A stretch of DNA of 20,000 nt from Paramecium tetraurelia (taxonomy: Eukaryota). Positions 1 through 9,343 of this stretch are shown here, piece after piece. A program made the translations under genes and the position numbers. The notes under the pieces were generated by a model. That model did no database searches. It saw only the letters and a program-made list of their open reading frames with translations, and had not been told where the DNA came from. Location: assembly GCA_000165425.1 (NCBI GenBank), contig CT868044.1:207018-227017 (forward strand). The letters run 5' to 3'. Position 1 is the first letter of the stretch. Every line of letters begins with the position of its first letter.

Positions 1-672
1 TAAATAGGCTGCTTTATTCAAAGAGACAATTGTATTGGCAAAATAAGCAACAAAAAACAACAATTCGTTAAATAATTTAAGTTACTAAAATGATATAATA
101 TCAAAGTTACATTTAATTCCTAGGAATATTGGACGGGATAATTTAAAAATTATATCAATTTCTCTAGATCTTTCTTCTTGATAAGTTCACTAAATAGTTA
201 GACATTCTCTTCCAAATATTAGCTGAGGTAGTTTTGTTTTTTGTATCTGATTGACTCGAGCATTGAAGGATATTTAAACTTCTATTCATTTTTGAATTAC
301 CTTGAGTGTTTTGTTTGATTAAAGCGAAGGACTTGCATCTATAGATCTCTCAGTCTATTCTGGCATCCTCAATTTTGGATATTTTGCAGTAGATTATTAA
401 ATTTAATCCTTAAATGTATAATCTCCATTCTCAATTTGTTAAGTTAAATCAATTCTCGAGGTTTCAAATTAAGTAATGTCTTGATTCAAGGAATATATTC
501 GTGATCTTTTATTTTTTGGTGAATTCTTTATTGATTCTGTTATAGATAATGGAGGTAACTTTGTGGATTGATTAGTTATTTTACTGTTGGAGTTTAACAA
601 ATATTTCAGTACATCTGACATCTAGCTGTTATGATATTGAAGTAACTTCTCTTAAATAACACTATTTCTCAT
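1..672 (-). CDS. Hypothetical protein, 3'-partial (low-complexity N-terminus, then helical, possibly TPR-like region)
   Basis: Code 6 from ATG 672: MRNSVIQEKLLQYHNSQMSDVLKYLLNSNSKITNQSTKLPPLSITESIKNSPKNKRSRIYSLNQ...; intron 279/282-300 (contains an in-frame TGA) and intron 85-110 (26 nt, gtaac..tttag); continues ...YLEENVQLFSELIKKKDLEKLIQFLNYPVQYSQELNQLKLFNELLFFVAYFANTIVSLNKAAYL to the window edge. TPR-like is only an impression. Confidence 0.75.
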
Positions 673-745
673 TCTAATATTATTTAATTAATAATCTTTA
701 TTATTTTTGCTTATATGATAAAGCTTAAAAACAAATTAATACTAA

Positions 746-2826
746 TCATTTCTTCCGAGAGGTTTCGGATAGCATAGTCCCTTGTTTTCTAATTTGAGGA
801 CTTTATTTTTATTAAGATAATTGTGCTTATGATTTTTTAGCCATAGGGGAATTCGACTAAGTCAATTGCAATTCTTATTATGGTTTTATTAAACACCTTG
901 GATGATAGACCCACAATTAGTATAGACGCTCAATGAAATCTTCAATTGATACTACTTCATCTTGTTTCTTGTTTATCATAGATCTTTAATGAATAATTAT
1001 CAATTACCAAATCTAAGGATAAATAACAATTACATACCAAAAAAACATCTATATTGTAGAACTAATCAATTATATCTAATCGATAACTAAATTTATTGAT
1101 ATTGTTCAAATAAAACTTAGCGAAAGAATTCCATTTTAATCTCTCTTGTTATTAGAGGAATAGAATAGCTTGATGTGTAAACTCTATTAATTTCATGTTG
1201 GACGGACACGTCTGTTCAATGTATTCATATAATTATTGAGGCAATATGATTGAATAACTACAGTAATAGACCATAAGTACAATACTTTGCTAAATTAATT
1301 TCCAATTCAAAATCGATTACACTTGATTATTTAAGATATAAATTAGATCTTTGTTAATTTTAGTTTTGTGTTGCTTACTACAAGAATGCTAGCTCTATAA
1401 TTTTAATGTATTTTTAAGTGTCTTCTATGACTTTGTGAGATGAAGGAGATTATGTGTTGATTCCCAGGATTTATTAACATACATTGATATAATAGTCATT
1501 GTTATTATTTTGATTCAATTTATTTAACAGATCTATACGACAATTGACAAATTGTTATTCATCAGCATGAATCCATAATAAATAGAGTTCAACGCTTGAT
1601 TAGGAAGGATAAGCATTGAGATTTTGGAATAGAAACTGAAGAAAATCACTGGCTAATTATTTCTTGTTTAATTGATCCACATGATAAAACTCTATTTCAA
1701 TTTAGGATATTAATGGATTGATCATCAATTCAACACAAGGTTTCTGATCTTTATAATAGATGTTAAGTTATTCATGTTTTTATTGTATGAAAGTTTTCGG
1801 TATAATGGGTTTAGCTGTCAGTATTTTAGCTAATTGCTTCATAGAAGTGGATGCTTATTAATGAGATTCGTAGATATATTTATTGTATTTAATGAAATTT
1901 AAGTCCATCTCATGTAATTTTTGATTGATGTTCTAAAGATCTCCTTTGGCATGTTCTATATTGCTCAGTTCACTTATCTGATCTTCTAAATGGTTGTATT
2001 ATTGACAAATTTTCTTATTCTCTTCTCTTAATGAGATATTCTTCTTTTATTCAATTGCAAGTTTTAATTAATATGCTCGTAATTGCATTTGCTACTTTTC
2101 TTCCAATTATTTATACTCTTTTGTTATTTATTCTAAACTTTGCTAATAGCCTCCTATTTGAACATCGACCAAAGATTGAAAACGATCTTATTACCATTGA
2201 GTATTCAAATCTAAAATCATAACCAATGATTTCCAAATTTATTCAATAAATATTGCAATGGCTTTGTCATCTATAATCTTTATTATGCATGCCACAAGTT
2301 CACTCAATATTTCAATGAACTTAATTAAAATATCAAATCTAAAATAATGTTTAGGATGCTGTTTATTAAGATCAGAGTCATCCAGTTATTATTTTTTATC
2401 AAATAGATCCTGAATTATAGTTTGATCTAAATTTATTAGAGTCTCATACATGCGAAACAATAATTTAGGATCTTTCTCCTAAAATTAATATGATTTAGGA
2501 AGATCTTAAACGTAGATAAAATTATACTATAAGTATTTTCTTACCTCTCCTGACACAATTTTTAAAGTGGACACAATTGATTCGTGGTTGTTGATTAAGT
2601 ACCCTTCTTCCAAATACTTTTCCATAATCTTTAACGGAACATTAGATTTCTCTGGTATGGTTGGTATAGCCTACTCTAAGAAAAAACCTAAAGGACTCTA
2701 ATTCACAATCATATTGTTTGATTTGGATCTGGATTGTGCACTTGTTATTCTGCTTACTGAAGGTTTTATGGAGGATGAAATAATTCGTCTATGTGCAGAT
2801 ACGCTATGCATATTATGTTTATGCAT
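746..2826 (-). CDS. Hypothetical coiled-coil protein (~675 aa)
   Basis: Frame open in code 6 for about 500 codons from ATG 2826 (MHKHNMHSVSAHRRIISSSIKP...), with a Q/E/K-rich coiled-coil-like segment at ~1850-2150. One frame-restoring intron (1258-1285 or 1290-1320) and intron 1013-1037 (25 nt). Ends ...GTMLSETSRKK-TGA at 746-748. Confidence 0.85.
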
Positions 2827-2929
2827 TATTATTTGTTAATATTATATAAATCATATTTAATATTATTAAAAGTATATTTGATATTTATTATTTATATTCA
2901 ATTTCATAACTATTTTATATCTGAAGATC

Positions 2930-3600
2930 ATGTCATTTCTTTTAAAATCAGATACATTATTAAATGAGTTTAGTAATTTAAATGCTTCTCTTAACTATTA
3001 TAATGAAAATTAAGTCAATAATATGTCCAATTTAAGGAATAAGCATAAGAATGGTGTTGTATATGACTATGATTATTATGTTTACTAGAGAAGTAACACA
3101 ATAACATCATCTCCGAATTGCAAAAGACTGCTTCTTCCTAAATCAGAAGATATCCATATAAGATCCTTTACAAAAGAGAGTTCCTGAATTCTGTAATTTT
3201 ATGCTCCCATAGTCTAAATTTGATGCAATTTTATTAATAAAATTTGTATCATATAAACGAGTAATTTGAATATATAAATTCAATAGTATCTATCGAATTC
3301 CTAATTAAGAATATGGCTTTGAAGATGCGCCAACCTTTAATGTCAACTCTATTAGTGGGGAATTGAATATTCATAATAATTTTAGAGTCCCGAAGCTTGT
3401 TGATCAAATATTCTATTAATTTGAAAGTAATTCAAATTCCCCCCGGGCACAACTTAATTGAAGTTAAGAAGAATTCTTTCTCCTTCTCTTGTTCGTTCCG
3501 TAATGAACATAACTACTTTAAAAGAACTTATAATTACATAATTTCGAAATACATTGAATATATTAAAACTAATTAAGAAAAAAATCAATTTACTAAAATT
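2930..3600 (+). other. Unresolved possible small gene or decayed gene, divergent from the 746-2826 gene
   Basis: ATG 2930 opens an 85-codon frame (MSFLLKSDTLLNEF...RSFTKESS, TGA 3185-3187). Further protein-like pieces follow in other frames, with intron-like GTA..TAG segments (3059-3088, 3261-3286), but I could not build a consistent model. Confidence 0.3.
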
Positions 3601-3690
3601 AAGAGAGTTAACAAACTTATACTTTCTAAAAAAATAAATGGTTAATTATTCTAGTTATTATATTTTAATTTTTCTTTTGCAAATTATACT

Positions 3691-4358
3691 TCATTCATAT
3701 TTCTTAACTATCATTTTCATTTTATTCAGAATCATTAGTCTTTCAATTGGCCCCAAATTAGTATTTAGTTTTTATCTCAAAATTTGGAACATTTATTTAT
3801 CTTTATTATACTAGTTGATAGATTTATTTATACTTATTCTTGAGCATAATATTTTGCAATCATAATCTTAATATCTATATCATCTTAGTTATTTATGTAA
3901 TTTTTTAAATTTTGGTCAAAATTTTACATTTCAATTTCATTGTCTAAGCATTTTTTGCATTTTTGCATTTGTTTTGTAAATTTACCTTTCTTAGGAGGAT
4001 AAGGAGTTTCTCTCCCATCCCTATCTAAAAAGATTTCATATCTATTTTAATTTTCTAAATTAATATTATCACTAATTTATTTTATAAGCTAAATTGGCTT
4101 TTTCATCATATCATTGTTACATCCCTGGCAAATGAATTTGATCTCCACTGGTTATATAGTGTTTATTTGTTCTATAACTTCTATTTGTCTAGATTCAGAT
4201 TCATTCATATTGAATGAAGGGGGATTTTGCTTTTGATAGAAATACACAAAATTATTATCAGAAGGTACAAGACTTTATTCTCTCTAGCTGCAATTCAAAA
4301 AAGAGCATTTGAAATTTTCAATTACATAGTCATTCCTAATCTCAGTGCTATTATTCAT
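3691..4358 (-). CDS. Hypothetical protein (214 aa) with Cys pairs, possibly zinc-binding
   Basis: ATG 4358 MNNSTEIRNDYVIENFKCSFLNCS...KFICQGCNNDMM...QKCKKCLDNE...; intron 3811-3833 (23 nt, gta..tag); ends LGPIERLMILNKMKMIVKKYE-TGA at 3691-3693. Confidence 0.8.
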
Positions 4359-4965
4359 ATCTGAAAAAAATTATATATAATTATAAATATTTTTATTTTG
4401 CTTTAGAATTAATAGTCTGTTGATCAAGTGTATATTTTTATATTAGAAATCCTTTTTCCAACTTCATCGCCAGATAGAATTTTTCAAGTATCTTTGGTAA
4501 TATCATTAATATAAATGAGTATCTTCTTTCAGTTATCTAATACAAGTCCTTGGGTAAATAAAGATATCTTTAAAATGAAAACTCAGTTTAATGTGGTCAG
4601 CCTCTTTTTAAATAATTTTCAAAAATTGTGATATTTTAATATTTTTGTGACTTTTGTAAAAAAAAATATTCGAAATTCATGTAATCCAAATCTTTGCTCA
4701 TGATAAAAAAAAATATTATATAAGCAAGTTAGCCTTAGTACTGAAATAAAATTATCTTTTTTCTTTTAGAAGTCAGATAAAATTAGAGTAATCTAATCCG
4801 AATTATACTTCAGGTTTATTACAATTGAAGAATTGTATTTGAATTTTTACATAATAACACTTTATTTTTCACAATTTGTCTGATTCTATGGAACTTGTAA
4901 ATTATAGGAGATTTTTTATATAAACTTAGATAACATTATTTAATTAATTATTATTAAATCAAAAT

Positions 4966-6466
4966 TCATCGAGTGCAATGATCTGACAAAGACTATTGGT
5001 TATTTAGTTATAGTATCGTATTTTGATTACCATTTAGTTCTTAGGCAGGCGCATAAAATTTTGAAGGTGTAGGAGGTTCGTTAACATGAAGAGACTATTA
5101 ATTTGATTCAGGATCTTAATTAACAGATTCTTTATCAAGAACTGGCTCTATTTCTTTTTTGATCACCATATCTTTTTAGCTTATTTAATCGACTTTAATA
5201 TTTATTTACTCAAGATTATAAGGTATATCAGATGTATGGCTATTTTGAGGACAATGATGATGCTTCTCATGATGAAAATGATCATCTTCATCATTATCAT
5301 CATTATCATCATCATCTTCAGAACTCTCATTTAACTATGGTTCTGAATCCTCAACTATAACCTACTTATAAATCTATTTGTCTTTCAAATCATCCAAATC
5401 TTTTGGTTTTGACAATTTAGAAAGATATTAATTTTTATCTTAATCATTTCCAGGAGAAGTAGGCTTTGATGTAAATAAGCTTGGAATTTATATGAGTTAT
5501 GGTTCTGTTTATTAATTGTTTTTCTTGTCTTCTTCTTATTTATTCGAGAAATAGTTTGGATTAGATGACTTTTAATCTCCCGTTTTTAAAGATAGTTGAG
5601 ATTTCAAATCGAAACGCTTTGATGTTGATAATAATTATCCATAACCAGTAGTGCTCTCATTCTGAATCTATTTTTTCTATATAATTTATGTTTTTATCAT
5701 TTGATCTTTAGATGCATTTTTGGACTTGATATATTCATAAGTGGATATATTGTTCCATCTAGAAATAATGTAAGGTGCTTACTTGAAATATAAATGCATG
5801 GATAATAAGTATGTTAACACAAGAAATACAGGAGGGTCTACCGAAATACAAATATAAACTAAAATCTCATAATTGGTTTGAAGATAAAGCAATTTAAAAT
5901 CTTAGCCTAATCTAAATAACTTGAGTGCAACTAAAGACGATACTAAAATAAAGAAATATGAGTAATTCTAGTCTCCGATACAACTATTTAACCAAATACA
6001 ATGGTGATCAAATTTCGATACGCATCTAATAGCTAGAATCTTATACTTATTACAGCTCCAACAATGTTTTGTTTTCTCTTGAACATGTGCTTAGCATACC
6101 AAACAATAGGATTTTATATCCGTCTTAAATTCTTTGCTTTTTGAATATCAATTATTTAATATTACCCAAGTAGTTTTGACAATTGCTCTTCCTTTACGAC
6201 TGAATCTGTAGGATCTATTAATGTTGCTCTAAGACAAGAATAAATAATGCAAGTAACTATTACTGTTAGAACTATCAATTGGAGTTCCTGAATGAAATCA
6301 TTAATACCTTAATTCCTTTATCTTCAAATTGAAAAGCAAATATGTATGCTATAACTATATCGAAAAGAGTGTATATCCAACTAAGAGATTAATAAGGGTT
6401 GATTCCATTCACTAATCCGTTCTTACGGACTGGTTTTAGACGGCCTTGTTTTACATCAACGTCCAT
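4966..6466 (-). CDS. DHHC-type palmitoyltransferase, ZDHHC1/ZDHHC11-like (~468 aa)
   Basis: Spliced product contains RKNG..NPYQSLSW, two hydrophobic segments, [50 protein letters not shown], two more hydrophobic segments and [16 protein letters not shown] (TTxE-like motif). Introns 6288-6307, 6137-6165, 6026-6046, 5759-5782. Long low-complexity tail, TGA at 4966-4968. Confidence 0.95.
5253..5318. repeat. GAT/CAT trinucleotide-rich tract forming a quasi-palindrome, encoding an Asp-rich then His-rich stretch
   Basis: Minus strand encodes [22 protein letters not shown]. Positions 5269-5294 are a 12/13 palindrome, and 5253-5261 is the reverse complement of 5296-5304. Confidence 0.8.
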
Positions 6467-6501
6467 TATTAATATTTTAAAATATGCATATGAATCATAA
6501 T

Positions 6502-7800
6502 TCATGGAGCAGGTAAATCTTTAATGGTAGTTCCCCTATAGTTTAAGTCTTGTTATATTCCTCTTATTCATTCCAATTTTAAAGTTTGATTTGACAATTA
6601 CCTCTTTAATCCAAAGTATTATTTGGATATCAATTAAGTATGATTAGTCAGAAATTGTGTTTTTAAATACATCAACTCCTACTTATTTAAGCAAGACATC
6701 TCATACATTCCTAAATCCTAAATAATAGTATGAAATGAGTCTACACATTTTGTCTCATATTCTACACACCAAATTTGGTGTAGTATGGCAATACTTCATG
6801 ATGATATGTTTCAAATACATCTTCTCTAATAACACCGAATGAACCCATCCTAGTGACAAATATCATTTCTTTATCTTTATTTTATTGTAATTTTGTAAAG
6901 TAGTTCCTTCCAATATCATTCATAGACATATGATGGAAATACCATAGATAAGCAGAAGCAGCAGTTGCGGCTAATACATTGATTCTCATTAATCCATATT
7001 ATAGATAGAATATAAATGTTAAGGATAAAAGGAGGTATCAATATAATGATCAAACATGAGATTGGTTTTATATACAATGTTATATGGTAATACCCAACAA
7101 ATCCAAGCAAAACTGAATGTTCCAGTCCACCATACAAATTTCAACCATTCCTATAACCTTGTGTTTTCATAGATCATATCTGCAAGATATGGGAATCTTA
7201 AATGATAAGGAGTCTAAACATCATATTTTGATCCTCTATCCGGATGAAACTTTCATGTCATAGGCCTCGATTCCAATTCCTTTTCATGTCTCCTATCGCT
7301 TCCGGTTTTTCAACTGGATATATAATTTAAGCAATCCACCTTTTTTCATTTCTGAACACATTTTCATATCCCAATTCTTCATTCTAGAGATTTCCTGTTT
7401 ATCCATATTGTATTTAAATAGGGAAGTAATCTCTAAATCCACCAGTAATATTCTTAGTAACTCCATGTTTCCCTTTTAAATAAGGTCTATCTAAGTTCTT
7501 AATTGCTTCATCAACTTATTTTTACATGGTCACATCTCTTTTAACTCCATCTATAAGCATGTTATGAGTATCCACTACCAATCTTTATTTATAATCTTGT
7601 CTCTGGGCTGGAATATAATCAGTATGAGCTGGATCGTAGTGATTTATATGGTATGGATACACCTTGTATTCTAATTTATTGGCTAATCTCTCCAAATGTT
7701 CTTACATTACATTTTGCGCTCTATACAATAAATGTCTATTCAAACCGTTTCTCCTTTAAATTGCATTTTTTATTACTTGACTCTCGTTTTTTTTGGTCTC
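6502..7800 (-). pseudogene. Pseudogene of a putative membrane protein (possibly mitochondrial, TMEM70-like C-terminus)
   Basis: Long high-complexity coding segments (RRNGLNRHLLYRAQ...ENVFRNEKRWIAQIIYP / DRRHEKELESRPMT*KFHPDRGSKYDV...IYENTRLQEWLKFVWWTGTFSFAWICWVLPYNIVYKTNL / MRINVLAATAASAYLWYF...NYFTKLQQNKDKEMIFVTRMGSFG) broken by frameshifts near 7306 and 6990, an in-frame TGA at 7253-7255, and no in-frame ATG at the 5' end. Family assignment and boundaries are tentative. Confidence 0.75.
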
Positions 7801-8943
7801 TAATACGTAAAAATAATTATAAAAATATTTAGAATATACAGGTATAAAATTAAAACAAATCAGTAATTTTAGTAAAGTACTCCCCAAGTATGTTATCCAA
7901 AAATAATAGATAACCTATTATTCTATTTTATATTACTATTGAATACTTATTATATTTTAGAGTGTAACAGGAAACGATTCATAAAATGGAGTAATAGTAA
8001 TTTTATATTGACATTACAAGATAGTTGTATATCACAATCTTAATGCTACTAAATTGACTATTTACTAATAGTAGCAGTTAATCACTTAAAAGGATTAAAA
8101 TGTGAAGACCGTCTAAATGTGAAAATAAAATCAATTTTAACAAATGATTTATAAAAAATTTATGAAAAAAAATTTTAAATTATATAAGATAAAGAATAAC
8201 AAATACATAATATCATCTATTAGTTGTATTGATATACTTTCATATATGCTTAAGGGTTGCAACCTTTATTAAAATGGTTAAATCGAATTTATGGATCCTC
8301 ATGACAGATAAATTTGTCAAGATTTGTTGTTATAATTTAGTATTCTATTTATAAGAGTTTATTGTATCCTTTTACAGTATTTTTGAACTTTTATATTTTG
8401 GATTATTCTGATTATTTATAGTCAATAAAGTTATAAGAACTTCTTAAATAATTAATTATAGTTGTATTTCCTATATTAATACTTATGCTTCCCACTAACA
8501 TACAATTTTTCATACAGTAAATAATATTTTCGATTTATTTCTTTCAAGCAAATTTTATATGACCCTTACAGTTATTTTCTTCAGATTCCATCAAATTAGT
8601 AGTTCATGAAAAGGTTTAGAATTGTTGTTTGTTAATTATTTCCTCCATTTTTAAATAGTAAATTCATTTTTCAAACTTATAAAATTCTCCTTCATAAAAT
8701 ATTCATCGTTATCATCTCTTACTTTCACTTAATTATCATCAATTAATAAAAATTACAAATGGATTTGGTACTTCAGCTAACTATGTATTGGAAGCAATCT
8801 TTGTAAATTACAAACACCAGTTGCCATTTATAATATTAATTATATATTATGAAAGTTAGTGCTCATTCTTTATGAGACACTTTATGATTACTGATTGATT
8901 CAATTAATATTGAATGAAATTTTCTTCAATAAATTAACTTTAA

Positions 8944-9343
8944 TCAATATCCTATAATTTCTAATAGAAAATCCGAATAAATTTAATCATAAACTGGTGA
9001 AATGTCGAATTGAATCTTTCCACCATTTTTATTATTTTCATCCTTCCACCATAGTTTGATATCATTTTAAAAAAATTGTAACTCTTCAGTTTAAGCATCT
9101 GCATTTTAGTCATTAAATTGTTAAATCTATCATAATTGAACTTAAGTGCTATTCGCATTTTAAGGATCACTGAATAAATCTGATAATTTTGAATATCTTG
9201 TCTTCTTGATCAAAATCCTAATTCTTCAATGTTGAAAAGGAACAGATATCAACTATAGTTAACTTATAATCTATGTTTAAACTGGCATTGTATTTCTAAG
9301 ATAGAGTCTATTTGTTGCTTAATTTATGAAATATATCACTCAT
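8944..9343 (-). pseudogene. eIF4E-family (cap-binding protein) pseudogene
   Basis: MSDIFHKLSNKQTLSQKY...DYKLTIVDICSFSTL resembles the eIF4E HPLxNxWxLW..FxTVExF region, and LQFFQNDIKLWWKDENNKNGGKIQFDISPVYDQIYSDFLLEIIG resembles LFKxGIxPxWEDxxNxxGG..W..LLxxIG. Frameshift near 9225, in-frame TGAs at 9130-9132 and 8944-8946; C-terminal part not recognisable. Confidence 0.7.

Noticed and set aside
2031..2222. Supplied + strand 63-aa ORF
   Set aside because: Antisense shadow of the coiled-coil segment of the 746-2826 minus-strand gene.
4380..4960. Possible gene in the ~600-nt spacer
   Set aside because: Coding-like patches are repeatedly interrupted by TGA and give no recognisable motif or consistent intron model.
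6916..7137. Supplied - strand 73-aa ORF
   Set aside because: Off-frame reading inside the pseudogene; the protein-like sequence lies in other frames.
7253..7255. In-frame TGA as selenocysteine or programmed readthrough
   Set aside because: It co-occurs with frameshifts and a lost start, so pseudogenisation is the simpler explanation; no SECIS element was identified.
8961..9170. Supplied - strand 69-aa ORF
   Set aside because: Wrong frame over the eIF4E-like relic, with a non-ATG start.
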